A stretch of 64,000 nucleotides of DNA, from contig CAMTOQ010000014.1 in assembly GCA_947074205.1 (NCBI GenBank), forward strand, positions 400 to 64,399, read 5' to 3'. A program made the translations under genes and the position numbers. Below, one piece after another: positions 45,614 through 55,623 of this stretch (position 1 is its first letter; every line of letters starts with the position of its first letter). Source of the stretch: an uncultured Bacteroides sp. (GTDB taxonomy: Bacteria > Bacteroidota > Bacteroidia > Bacteroidales > Bacteroidaceae). Under the pieces are notes generated by a model that saw only the letters and a program-made list of their open reading frames with translations, had not been told where the DNA came from and made no database searches.

Positions 45614-48223
45614 TTAATTGGCTATTCCGAAATCGCTTTGTTGTTGCTCAACTTCTTGAAGAAGTTTCTGTTTTTCTTCTTCTGTCAACTGTGTTGAAGT
45701 ACTATTGCCAGCGGTGCGAGCACGCGATAAAACAGACTGTTGTTCCTCAACAAAACAGAATGGCAAAGTTGCAGGGATACTTTCAAACTCTAGTTCCGCT
45801 TCTGTTGGTGCATGTGTTCCTTCGAACTGAACATGAGCTTTTACTTTAATTGGACCTGCGTTGCGAGTTGAGCGAATCAATACCGGTGCCGAACCAAACT
45901 CTACCGGTCTAGGATTGGCATGGATCGTTTCATCACCAATAATCTCTCCCTCACCCTCTACTGTGAACACAATATTCTCTTTGGCTAGACGGCGCACATT
46001 ACCGTTATCGTCAGTCACCTCGGCCACCACAACGATAAAGTCAGAGCCATCGGCCACTAGCTGCTTCCCGTTTGTGTCTACACGAAGCTGAAGCTTGGTG
46101 CTACGACGTGAAGGCATTTTGGTAGCGGTGCAAACCACTTCACCATTGATAATACCTTCGGCCACCATATTTACCTTTTGCCAGTTCTTTTGAAGATAGC
46201 TATACTCACGTGCTTCCCAGAAATCCCATACATTAGGGAACACTACAGGTGGATTTTGCATATGCCCTTTTTCGCGTACCACTGGAAGTGTCCACGACTT
46301 AGTGCCATCATACATAGACAGACGCACTGAGTCACAGTTAGTAAATACCACTACATCTTTGTCAGAGAACTGAGACATTTCGTGAGCGATGAATACCATC
46401 GGACCACTCTCTACTATTTCCGATTGGAAGTCGGCAGGACTCTGGCTACGGAACATATAATAGGCATACTTAGGCTGACGGAAGGCATCGAAGATACCAC
46501 CCCAATATGGATCTGGATGGTAGCCACGTTGATGATCGAACGGATGCCATTGTGCACCTCCGATAAACTGGCCAGTAGTGCGATACATCTCATCGTAGCT
46601 TTTCGCCAAAGAAAGAGCTTGGATAGTCAACGGACGTTCGCCCCAGCTACGGCTAGCGCGATTGTTATTGTTGTGTGCATACCAGTCGTCTACATTCTCA
46701 CCAAACTCACGTGTAAAGATACACTGTTTTGGTTTATCTTCTTTCTCGTCATCACCTGGCCATGCATACACCACTTCATAGTGCTCTGTAACGCCTGCCG
46801 AATGAACATCGGCTGCTGCCACAGGGCGACCGGGATAAGGGAATTCATCTTTAGTGATTTGTAGAGCTTCCATAGAGAAATCCAATGGGAAGCGCGTTTC
46901 GTTAAGGATAGGTTCCCACATCAATACACTAGGGTGATTACGGTCGCGACGGATAATTTCGCGAGTATTTTGTTGCGCACGCGCACCGAAGATTGAATCT
47001 TTATTCCAATACTGCCAGCCCGGAGTAGCTACGATTACAAAGAGTCCCAACTCATCACAAGCATTCATAAACGAAGGATCTTGTGGATAGTGGGCCGTAC
47101 GAATGATGGTGCAACCTGCATCGCGCAAACGCTTTGCGTCACGCCATTGTTGTGAGTTAGGAGATGCGTTGCCTACATAAGCAAAGTCTTGGTGGCGGTT
47201 GGCACCTACCAATTGGCCATAAGGCTCATCGTTCAACCAAAAACCTTCTTCGCCTCTAAATTCAGCTTTGCGGATACCGATACGAGTAGTACCTCCGTCG
47301 ATAGAGCGATTGCCTTGCTTAATACGCGACTCTACACTATAAAGATAAGGAGATTGAGGCGACCACAAGTTAGGGTTACGCACTACAAACTTTTGTTCGA
47401 TCGTTTTATTTTCTAAAGGTTTTAGGCTGATGCGTTGAGACACCGTTTTAATTACTTTACCGGTATTATCTTTTAAAGTAGTTTCTACAGTTACGCTACG
47501 AGTTACATTCTCTTTATTAGCGACCTCTGTATTAACATATACATCGGCACTCTTCTTGCTGATATTATCATAGTGTACAAACACACCGCCACCAGCTACT
47601 TTATCTGCCTCTACAGCATCAGTAATAGCCACGGGTGATTTGGCAATCATCCATACATCGCGATAGATACCACCATGATAAGCAAAGTCTAACGTATATT
47701 GACGTTTGCCTGGAGGGTAACTTTTGTCATCACTATTGTCTGTCATCACAGCGATAAGACAGCTGTCTCCTGATTGTACACCATACTCATCGAGATTCAC
47801 TATAAAAGGCAGATAACCACCGATATGTTCTTGAATCTTTTTACCATTGATGTAGATATCTTGTTTGCCCATTGCAGCTTCGAAATGCAAAGAGACATTT
47901 TTTCCTGCAGCTTCGGCAGGAACCACAAAACGTTTGCGATACCATGCCGGACCTTGATAGTTGCGATTTCCACTGGCCTCGGCAGGCATCAATTGCACCG
48001 TGTGAGGAGTTGAAACCACTTCCCAAGCTGAGTCGTCGAAGTTTAAAGCACCTGCATCCTGAACATCGCCTTTATGGAAACGCCATCCAGGATTGAAGTT
48101 GTAGACCATACGGCCACTATTATCCAATGGGTAGAAACCCGCTATAGATATATCTTGCTGTGCATGCAGCGCTACAGACAAGATTAATAAGAATAGAGCA
48201 GTTATCTTTCTCATGTAATGCAT
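45614..48223 (-). CDS. GH2 glycoside hydrolase
   Basis: GGIYRDV, GANRHQD, IRTAHYPQ, RDRNHPSVLMWEPILNE; signal peptide. Confidence 0.92.
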   Translation of the reverse strand: MHYMRKITALFLLILSVALHAQQDISIAGFYPLDNSGRMVYNFNPGWRFHKGDVQDAGALNFDDSAWEVVSTPHTVQLMPAEASGNRNYQGPAWYRKRFVVPAEAAGKNVSLHFEAAMGKQDIYINGKKIQEHIGGYLPFIVNLDEYGVQSGDSCLIAVMTDNSDDKSYPPGKRQYTLDFAYHGGIYRDVWMIAKSPVAITDAVEADKVAGGGVFVHYDNISKKSADVYVNTEVANKENVTRSVTVETTLKDNTGKVIKTVSQRISLKPLENKTIEQKFVVRNPNLWSPQSPYLYSVESRIKQGNRSIDGGTTRIGIRKAEFRGEEGFWLNDEPYGQLVGANRHQDFAYVGNASPNSQQWRDAKRLRDAGCTIIRTAHYPQDPSFMNACDELGLFVIVATPGWQYWNKDSIFGARAQQNTREIIRRDRNHPSVLMWEPILNETRFPLDFSMEALQITKDEFPYPGRPVAAADVHSAGVTEHYEVVYAWPGDDEKEDKPKQCIFTREFGENVDDWYAHNNNNRASRSWGERPLTIQALSLAKSYDEMYRTTGQFIGGAQWHPFDHQRGYHPDPYWGGIFDAFRQPKYAYYMFRSQSPADFQSEIVESGPMVFIAHEMSQFSDKDVVVFTNCDSVRLSMYDGTKSWTLPVVREKGHMQNPPVVFPNVWDFWEAREYSYLQKNWQKVNMVAEGIINGEVVCTATKMPSRRSTKLQLRVDTNGKQLVADGSDFIVVVAEVTDDNGNVRRLAKENIVFTVEGEGEIIGDETIHANPRPVEFGSAPVLIRSTRNAGPIKVKAHVQFEGTHAPTEAELEFESIPATLPFCFVEEQQSVLSRARTAGNSTSTQLTEEEKQKLLQEVEQQQSDFGIAN

Positions 48224-48226
48224 TTA

Positions 48227-50470
48227 TTATTTTATAATTTCTAAGTTTAGGTAGTTTACAATATCTTTTTCGCGCTCCTTAGGGAAGACTTCAAGCTGTG
48301 TGATTTTGCCATCTTTCAGCGTCACTTCTACTGTGGTTTGATGAGCTGCATGAAGCTTGAAGCGTACATCCCAATTAGTAGGCCAAGCAGGGAACAGTAG
48401 TATCTGATCGCCTACTTCTTGCATCAACATCTCTTGCATACCAATCATTCCGCTGCCACCCCAGTTCAAGTCGGGTGTCCAGTCGTAGCCAGGCCCCCAG
48501 AAAGCGGGGAAGCGATGTGGGCCATTGCCCATCTTCTTCAATGTAAGGTCTACAGCTTCATCCGTCAAACCTAAGCATGCGGCCCAGATATTGTCTTGTT
48601 TCCAACCGATGTGAGTACGGAATTTCAAGGCATCGGGGTCATAAGAGTAGGTATTGATAGCACGATCTAAGTCGGGGCGACCTACACCATATACACGCCA
48701 TGGAAAGATAGGATAAAGCTGTGGCGTTTCGATGTTGTTGACACGTTCCCAAGATAGTGCAGGCGCAATCATCTCTTTGCCATCTACTGTGCGTTGTGGC
48801 ATAGAAGGAATACGTCCCAGCATGTCGGGATTGACTTCTGACGATTCAAGTACAGAGCGCAATGCAGCAATTGTAGTCACTGGATTGTGCGCCATCTTGT
48901 AGGTTTCGCAAGCCGTACCAGGGTAGATGATTAGCTTACCATCGCCATCCAAATTTTTGCGACCACGTTGGCCGGCTAGTTGGCGGTAGTGTTCATCAAA
49001 AAAGCGAACCACACTCTCTATCATGGGTATATATTCCGAGATGTCAGTGTTGTTGTAACGTTTCACATCGAGAATCATTTGACAGAATTCTAGTACAGTG
49101 TCCCATTGGTATTCCAACCATGCGTTGTACTCAATGCCTTTATCGAAATTTTCAGGACGTTTAAAGCCGTATTCAGCAGGATTAGGCAAACCGTAGTTTT
49201 CGAGTTGTTCGGTGTAGCAAGCTCCTTCGTGATTCCAGTAAACCTTTGTACGAAGTTCTACAGTTGGCAATAATCGATTATAGAAGTCAAACTGCGACTT
49301 CATCATATCGAAATCACCACTCTTCAACATTGGCCAATAGACCAAGCGCTGGTTTTGCGCAGTCATTGTACCCCCACCCCAACGACGAAAATCGGGCGTG
49401 AAAGGCATCTTAGTATCTACATACACAGGATCGAAAGTAAAGAGTCCACCATTGAACTTGCTAGGATCTTTGCCATAAGCATTACAGCCCAGCATATAGC
49501 GGAACAGTGTATAGTTGCGTACCACATCGGCACCTTCTTCACTTCCACCTTCAATAAAGCTGCGTTTCCAGAAGTTGTTCCACCATTGGCGAGTAGCCAC
49601 ACGGTCTTTAGCGAGCTTAACTTGTTGTTCAGTTGCCGCTAGAGATTGTTCCCAAGTCTCAATACTTCCTTGCTCAGTGTGTAATGCAATCTTAAAGTTA
49701 TGATCGCGCTTTGCTTTCTTACTTTGATAGAGCCACGCTGTAAAGTCGGTATCGGCATAGATACCTGTTGACGTTTCTTTTAACTGAAGATCTCCACCAC
49801 TAAGACGACCACCAAAAGTCAAGTTCTTAAGAGGGTTGTACATTTGATCTTTCACACTCTCCATGCCTTGTTGAGCCACAGAAACATCGAACACAGTTGT
49901 TTCGGGGTTGCGGTGAAAGAAAGTAATAGTAGCCTCATCAGCACGAACAGAATCGCGCGTAGTCGCTATATCTTTAGGTAAAGCCCACTTATAAGAACAT
50001 TGCTGTCCCTCTACTTTTCGTATAGGGCGATTGGCCATACGCCAGTTTTCGTAAGTCACATCGAGCACGCTAGCCGTTTTTGTCTTCGCTTCTACGTGCA
50101 CCACTGGATGAAACACATCGACCCAAATCAAAACCTTGCCATTTGTACCTTCTACAGTCATATAACCATCATTGAGATGGAGAGTTTGACGAAAATCGGC
50201 ATCGTTTTGGAAGATAGATGGTGTAGTTGAAACTCTGAAGCGCCCTTGCTTGAGGAGTGTATTGTGCTCGTCGTAGCTACCTGTTCTAGATACATAGAAC
50301 AAGATATCACCATCTTCTACCCACACATTCAGTCCCATATCACCGCCACCCAAGGGCATTGATTCTGAAGAGTTTTTGCTAGGAGTGCTCCACGTATATT
50401 TGGCAGGCTGAGCTGTTAGGCCGCATGCAGTTAAGGCTAAAAATAGATAAGTTAAAATATATCGTTTCAT
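48227..50470 (-). CDS. DUF5703 / GH139-like (alpha-2-O-methyl-L-fucosidase-like) hydrolase
   Basis: SMPLGGGDMGLNVW N-terminus, KFNGGLF, RFPAFWGPGYDWTPD, LFPAWP..WD; order GH106-esterase-this gene-GH2 matches my recollection of RG-II loci. Confidence 0.7.
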   Translation of the reverse strand: MKRYILTYLFLALTACGLTAQPAKYTWSTPSKNSSESMPLGGGDMGLNVWVEDGDILFYVSRTGSYDEHNTLLKQGRFRVSTTPSIFQNDADFRQTLHLNDGYMTVEGTNGKVLIWVDVFHPVVHVEAKTKTASVLDVTYENWRMANRPIRKVEGQQCSYKWALPKDIATTRDSVRADEATITFFHRNPETTVFDVSVAQQGMESVKDQMYNPLKNLTFGGRLSGGDLQLKETSTGIYADTDFTAWLYQSKKAKRDHNFKIALHTEQGSIETWEQSLAATEQQVKLAKDRVATRQWWNNFWKRSFIEGGSEEGADVVRNYTLFRYMLGCNAYGKDPSKFNGGLFTFDPVYVDTKMPFTPDFRRWGGGTMTAQNQRLVYWPMLKSGDFDMMKSQFDFYNRLLPTVELRTKVYWNHEGACYTEQLENYGLPNPAEYGFKRPENFDKGIEYNAWLEYQWDTVLEFCQMILDVKRYNNTDISEYIPMIESVVRFFDEHYRQLAGQRGRKNLDGDGKLIIYPGTACETYKMAHNPVTTIAALRSVLESSEVNPDMLGRIPSMPQRTVDGKEMIAPALSWERVNNIETPQLYPIFPWRVYGVGRPDLDRAINTYSYDPDALKFRTHIGWKQDNIWAACLGLTDEAVDLTLKKMGNGPHRFPAFWGPGYDWTPDLNWGGSGMIGMQEMLMQEVGDQILLFPAWPTNWDVRFKLHAAHQTTVEVTLKDGKITQLEVFPKEREKDIVNYLNLEIIK

Positions 50471-50500
50471 CAATTCTAATTAATTATCGGCTTAAGTACT

Positions 50501-51934
50501 TTATTCTTCCCAATTGTCCGAACGGAAAGAAGATACAGGAAGATCTTCACCATATAAGTCACCCTTTACGCAGTTTTCGAAAGCGTAGCGTATTGCAACC
50601 GGATTGGGAACTTCCTCGCTTTTTACATAGACTTTGCTTCTATTAATCCATGTTTTGGCAGGATAGAACACTCTGTCTTCTCCGGCTACCTTGAACAGTT
50701 TAGATTCATAGGTTCCATTGGTATTTACCCACATAGGAGCACGTTCGAACGAAACTATCACTGTATCGTTTTTAATCTCTATCTCTTTGTACAATGGGCT
50801 TTCTGCCACAATACCTTTGGCTCCATAAGTGTTGACAAGAGCCAAACGAGCTAGACGTTCGCCCGGTGTCTTTTTATCCATTGGATGAATACATTTATCC
50901 ATACCGGCATCAAGCAATACAGCCATACCAGCGTTTGGAATACGCTTTTCAGCGATTAGCTGTTGCTCACGCAAAAAAGCTGAATTGATAGCCGGCTTGC
51001 CCTCTTCTTTGAATATAGCATAATCATAAGGAGCAATTTGGCAGTAGTAGAAAGGAAATTCACCTTGTCCCCATTCATTGCGCCATCCCTCTACCATTGT
51101 TGTAAATAGATCGGCATAGGTCGAAGCTCTATTGTAGTTTTCTTCGCCTTGATACCAGATAGCACCACGGATAGTTGTACCAATGAGTGGTTTCAACATA
51201 CCATTGTATAGCAAGTTTGCATTGCGATTCTTCGATGTTACATCAGCATCTGTTTGCGGAACGGTAATGTTTGGAAATGCTTTCAACCAATCGGCATTCA
51301 TCCATGCTTCGCAAGATGAGCCTCCCCATGCAGTTACAATCAAACCTACAGGAACGTTGAGTTGCTCGTTTAGTAGTTTTCCAAAGTAGTAAGCAGTAGC
51401 ACTAAACTCACGTAAAGACTCAGGTGTAGCTTCTTGCCAACTACCATCTACATCATATTTTGGCGTGGTGCTAGAGTTGCGCTTAACAGTAAACAGACGT
51501 ATATCTGAGTTCTTACCACGAAGTGCATCCATATTGCCACCATCTACGGGCTGATTTTTAAAGCCCTTCAACGGCATCTCCATGTTGCTCTGTCCTGAGC
51601 AAAGCCAAAGCTCGCCTAGCAATATATTTTCGATAGTGGTCTTCTTACCGTCGTCGAAAGTAATGGCATAAGGTCCACCGGCCTCCACAGTGCTAACAGC
51701 TAACTTCCAGTTGCCCTGTTCATCGGCTTTGGTTTGATAGCTTTTGTTGTCCCAACTGGTTTGCACCTTTACGGCTTTATTAGGAGTGGCAGTGCCCCAA
51801 AGATTGACTTTGGAGCTTTGTTGCATCACCATATTATTTGTAAAAATTGCGGGAAGCTTAACTTCGGCACGCATCACTGAGCATAGGCAGATTAGTGCTA
51901 AAAACAACATCTGTCGTTTCGTTCCTGTTCTCAT
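50501..51934 (-). CDS. Sialate O-acetylesterase (SASA) family esterase
   Basis: GELWLCSGQSNME, WYQGE, IHP motifs; signal peptide. Confidence 0.9.
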   Translation of the reverse strand: MRTGTKRQMLFLALICLCSVMRAEVKLPAIFTNNMVMQQSSKVNLWGTATPNKAVKVQTSWDNKSYQTKADEQGNWKLAVSTVEAGGPYAITFDDGKKTTIENILLGELWLCSGQSNMEMPLKGFKNQPVDGGNMDALRGKNSDIRLFTVKRNSSTTPKYDVDGSWQEATPESLREFSATAYYFGKLLNEQLNVPVGLIVTAWGGSSCEAWMNADWLKAFPNITVPQTDADVTSKNRNANLLYNGMLKPLIGTTIRGAIWYQGEENYNRASTYADLFTTMVEGWRNEWGQGEFPFYYCQIAPYDYAIFKEEGKPAINSAFLREQQLIAEKRIPNAGMAVLLDAGMDKCIHPMDKKTPGERLARLALVNTYGAKGIVAESPLYKEIEIKNDTVIVSFERAPMWVNTNGTYESKLFKVAGEDRVFYPAKTWINRSKVYVKSEEVPNPVAIRYAFENCVKGDLYGEDLPVSSFRSDNWEE

Positions 51935-51965
51935 AGCTTAATGTACTAGATTATTTAGATATCGA

Positions 51966-54900
51966 TTAATATTTTCTGATCAGACTGTAAGGACCAAACC
52001 AACCGGCTGGAATCAAACCATCACCTGGAAGACGATACTTAGCATTGGTCCAAATGCCATCGAATGGAGCTTTTCCTTGATCCGATCCGCGTAGTGCATT
52101 GGCCCATGTGTTGGTTACATCTACTTGCAATGTGTTATCGCCTTTCTTCAAGGCATCTGTCACATCCACCTCGTAAGGCGAAGTCCATGCCACTCCACAA
52201 TCTTTACCGTTTACATAGACAGTTGCCACATTGGCAATATCGCCTAAACGAAGATAGATGCGGCCCGATGGTACAGTTTTCAATTTGAAAGTCGATTTAT
52301 ACTCGGCAGTACCCGCGTAATATTTAATCTTCTCGTTCTCTTCTTTGCTCCAATCAAACAATGAATCGCGCTGTACACGCTGATCGTTCTCTACAAAAAG
52401 AACATCCCAATTGTTGATAGTTAGAGGTATCTCTTCTACTTGTGTAGTTTGTATTGGTAGCTCTATCGAACGTGCCTCTTTAGGGAAAACCACAAACACA
52501 GAGCCATTAGCAGGAAGCACCATATCTACTTCGGTGCGACCATCTACTTCGCGCCAATTGGCTGGAATAAGGACTTCACCCGTTGCGGCATCCCAAAGCT
52601 CGGGTTGACGACCCGATTGACGGAACGAGGCCGTGAAACGGCGTTCGCCCAAAGCATTGATTTCTTTTGATGTATTGACTTTACTTCCCGATTGATCGGC
52701 AATGAAGTAGAGATCCATCTCTTCGCCACGACGGTGTGTCCATGCCATATTTTTGGGCAACACTACATCGCGTTCGATGCCGTACACCGAGAAGTCGTCG
52801 GCCACATAAGGGAGAGTTGGAATCACCACACCTGCCTTACGAAGTTGTTCTACTTTAGCAGCTGATTCGGGCGACAAAGGAAGATTATCAGGGTTCATTG
52901 GGTGAGCACCTGGCAACACCAATATCTGATACTCTGCACCACCAGGCAAAATGATACGACCATCTTTACCTTGCGCCAAACGCACCAATGCATCTTTATT
53001 GAAAGAGTCGTAAGCATAGCCACGCAATGGGTCTACCCAATCTTCGGGGTCGGCCATATTGGCTGAGTGAGTCACACCAACAGGACGTACACGTGTGGGT
53101 TGACCTACATTAGTTAGACGAGCACGTTCGCTAGCTACACGTTCGGCACCAACAATGCCGGGTAGCATTGGAACTAGTCTATCTGGAAGAATAGCACGAC
53201 GTGGCATCTCCTCACCCGTAAATACTGCAATGTCTACCACAGGGTGACCGTATTGCAACAAAGCTTGGCTACGGGCAATATAGTCTACAAACGACTTACC
53301 TTCTGACCACCAAGTTTGATCGCGTTGGAAGAATAGACCAATACCATCGAGTGTCATACCCGGACTTCTATCCATCGAAGGATTGTGCGTGTAAACATGG
53401 AAAAATAGCTTATTGATACCTAGCGCAAAGTTACGATCTAATAGAGGTTTCAAAACAGCAGGATCTTCATCCCAAACTCCACGTACCTGAGTAAATCCTT
53501 CGGCTTGAATAATGTTCTTACCATACACACGCGCACCGCTAATTGCATCAAGCATATCGTTTGGCTTATCGTGTGTAGGGCTGTTCAACCAAAACTCACC
53601 CATTGGTAGATCTACATTTTGATAGTGCGACATACCATCGCTCACCATAGTTGGCGAAACACATTCGGCAGTAAACTCGCAGTCCATTTGTTTAGAATAT
53701 TCCGACAAAGTGGTAAAGAATACATCTGTAATCAATTCGCTGATAGTGGTACGCACATCACGCAATATTTCTTCGCTGCGTGTAGTGCTTTCCATAGGTA
53801 TACCCGCCAACAATGGAAGATAGGGCATCAAGTCGTATCCGCGACGCGCTTTGAACTCAGCAGCGAAGTTGTCGCTCCAGTTTTGGCTACCACACTCCCA
53901 ACTATCCACGTGCATATATTTCAATACTTCGTGAGCAAGACCGGGATCTGTCATCTGGAACATCTGGCCAAACCAGTTGTCCAATTGTTTTCTTACTGCT
54001 TCCTTGCTGAACTTGTTACACTCTAAACCTTTGGCACCACCACCTGTAGCATTAGTATGGCCTGTTGCAGTGTGGCCCATACGCAAGATGCGCCACTCCC
54101 CTTTTGGAAGTTTAGCGTTGATTTGTCCATCTACCACAGGTAGTTCGATGAGTTCATCTAGTTGTACACACTCCTTATCGGCCACCTCTTGTTGAGTAGT
54201 AGCCGTAGCCACGCGCCACACTAGTCCGGCTTTGCCTTCCCATTGATGGATACGTGGATTAGAGTGTAATACAATATCTTTGATTCTTAAATTAGGACTC
54301 CACTTAGCTGCATCCAAATCTTCGCTTCCCGGTTCGCTACCTTCGGGCGTCCACTCAAAGCGGAAGAACCTAGCAGTAGTCTCGGGCAAGGCATGAGTAG
54401 ATTGGAAATCATTGTTTTGCCAACCTTGACGAGCAGGAACCAACTGTTTCACCTGTGTGAAATTGATTCCATCTTGGCTAGCCAACACATTTAGACGATG
54501 AGCTTGATAGTTATTACCTGCCAAGATAATCTCTACATTGCGTGCCGTAATAGGTTTAGCATATTCATATTGAATCCAGCAAGGAGAGGAAGAACGGAAA
54601 CGACCTTGATCGTCACGCTCAATAGTACGTTTGCCGGCATAAGCAGCATTCTCTATTGTGCCATAAGTTATAGTTGGAGTCTGTTCAGTATTTCTTGGCT
54701 GACGATGCAATGGAATAGCAAACGTCGTAATATCTTCATAATAGCCTTCGAAGCTTTCGGGCTGAGGTAGAATTAAGTCTTTTAGACGACCACCTTTTAC
54801 AATAGTATCGCTCCACACCACCTTCTGCATCGACTCTTTAGGTGTATTCCAAGGACCACCTGCCAAGGCAAATCCATCACAGATATGCATACCCAGCTTC

Positions 54901-55229
54901 AAGTCAAGACGTTTGGCTTCTTTGAAAGTATGATTGATCATTCTCCACCATTCAGGTGATAGTTGCTGGGCAGTCCCACCATATTGAGGACCTTCGTGTA
55001 CCCCCTTAATAGGCATCAGATAGGCACCACCGAGGCCCACTTCTTTCATGGCCTCCATATCGGCAGTGATACCATCAGTAGAGGCTGCACCAAACATCCA
55101 GTACCAGAATGTCCAAGGTTTGGCGTCTCCTTGTGGAGCTATAAATTGCTGTTCTATTGTATTTTGTGCTGTCAACCCATTGGCAAAAGCCACGAAGCAG
55201 GCCGCTACAAGAATCTTTTTTATATTCAT
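51966..55229 (-). CDS. GH106 alpha-L-rhamnosidase
   Basis: KPWTFWYW, HVDSWE, PMGEFW, AEGFT, ELWDA, C-terminal beta-sandwich. Start set at MNIKKIL. Confidence 0.88.
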   Translation of the reverse strand: MNIKKILVAACFVAFANGLTAQNTIEQQFIAPQGDAKPWTFWYWMFGAASTDGITADMEAMKEVGLGGAYLMPIKGVHEGPQYGGTAQQLSPEWWRMINHTFKEAKRLDLKLGMHICDGFALAGGPWNTPKESMQKVVWSDTIVKGGRLKDLILPQPESFEGYYEDITTFAIPLHRQPRNTEQTPTITYGTIENAAYAGKRTIERDDQGRFRSSSPCWIQYEYAKPITARNVEIILAGNNYQAHRLNVLASQDGINFTQVKQLVPARQGWQNNDFQSTHALPETTARFFRFEWTPEGSEPGSEDLDAAKWSPNLRIKDIVLHSNPRIHQWEGKAGLVWRVATATTQQEVADKECVQLDELIELPVVDGQINAKLPKGEWRILRMGHTATGHTNATGGGAKGLECNKFSKEAVRKQLDNWFGQMFQMTDPGLAHEVLKYMHVDSWECGSQNWSDNFAAEFKARRGYDLMPYLPLLAGIPMESTTRSEEILRDVRTTISELITDVFFTTLSEYSKQMDCEFTAECVSPTMVSDGMSHYQNVDLPMGEFWLNSPTHDKPNDMLDAISGARVYGKNIIQAEGFTQVRGVWDEDPAVLKPLLDRNFALGINKLFFHVYTHNPSMDRSPGMTLDGIGLFFQRDQTWWSEGKSFVDYIARSQALLQYGHPVVDIAVFTGEEMPRRAILPDRLVPMLPGIVGAERVASERARLTNVGQPTRVRPVGVTHSANMADPEDWVDPLRGYAYDSFNKDALVRLAQGKDGRIILPGGAEYQILVLPGAHPMNPDNLPLSPESAAKVEQLRKAGVVIPTLPYVADDFSVYGIERDVVLPKNMAWTHRRGEEMDLYFIADQSGSKVNTSKEINALGERRFTASFRQSGRQPELWDAATGEVLIPANWREVDGRTEVDMVLPANGSVFVVFPKEARSIELPIQTTQVEEIPLTINNWDVLFVENDQRVQRDSLFDWSKEENEKIKYYAGTAEYKSTFKLKTVPSGRIYLRLGDIANVATVYVNGKDCGVAWTSPYEVDVTDALKKGDNTLQVDVTNTWANALRGSDQGKAPFDGIWTNAKYRLPGDGLIPAGWFGPYSLIRKY

Positions 55230-55265
55230 ACTTCCGTTTATTCTTTTTATTTGTCTCTTACAAAA

Positions 55266-55291
55266 GACGGTAGAAAAAGCCATTTGTACCC
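55266..55291 (-). promoter_or_regulatory. Putative ECF promoter GGGTAC-N16-CGTC for the GH106 operon
   Basis: Minus strand GGGTAC aaatggctttttctac CGTC, 36 bp before ATG 55229. Confidence 0.7.
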
Positions 55292-55380
55292 AATCAAAGA
55301 AGCAGTTACATCAGCATGCACATATACGATTGATTTTCAAAAGCTTAGTAAACGACAGAGGAAGTAGCTATGAACTAAAA

Positions 55381-55478
55381 CATAGCAAGGGCTACTCACC
55401 GTGGTGGCAAGGGCTTGCCTGGTCGGTAGCAAGGGCTACTCAGCACGGTAGCAAAGGCTACTCACCAAAGCACCTTTA
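55381..55478. repeat. 22-bp tandem palindromic repeat, copy 3
   Basis: Units at 55391 GCTACTCACCGTGGTGGCAAGG, 55413 GCTTGCCTGGTCGGTAGCAAGG, 55435 GCTACTCAGCACGGTAGCAAAG, 55457 GCTACTCACC... Confidence 0.88.
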
Positions 55479-55568
55479 GAGAGGTGGCACACAAAACCGT
55501 AACAATCTAGTAATAAGGAAGATAACAAAAGAAGGAGAAATGACAGAAAAGAGAGGGAAGTAGAGCAC

Positions 55569-55613
55569 AAAAAAATCCCCGATAATCTATCTTGTAGTCG
55601 ATTATCGGGGATT
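55569..55613 (-). terminator. Intrinsic terminator after the Zn-dehydrogenase gene
   Basis: AATCCCCGATAATC / GATTATCGGGGATT plus T tract on the minus strand. Confidence 0.85.
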
Positions 55614-55623
55614 AGAATATCTA

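Noticed and set aside
55381-55478. CRISPR array interpretation of the 22-bp repeats
   Set aside because: Units abut without unique spacers, are degenerate and number only 3-4; no cas genes in the window.
55510-55565. Purine-rich stretch next to repeat copy 3
   Set aside because: Low complexity with no periodicity or second copy found.
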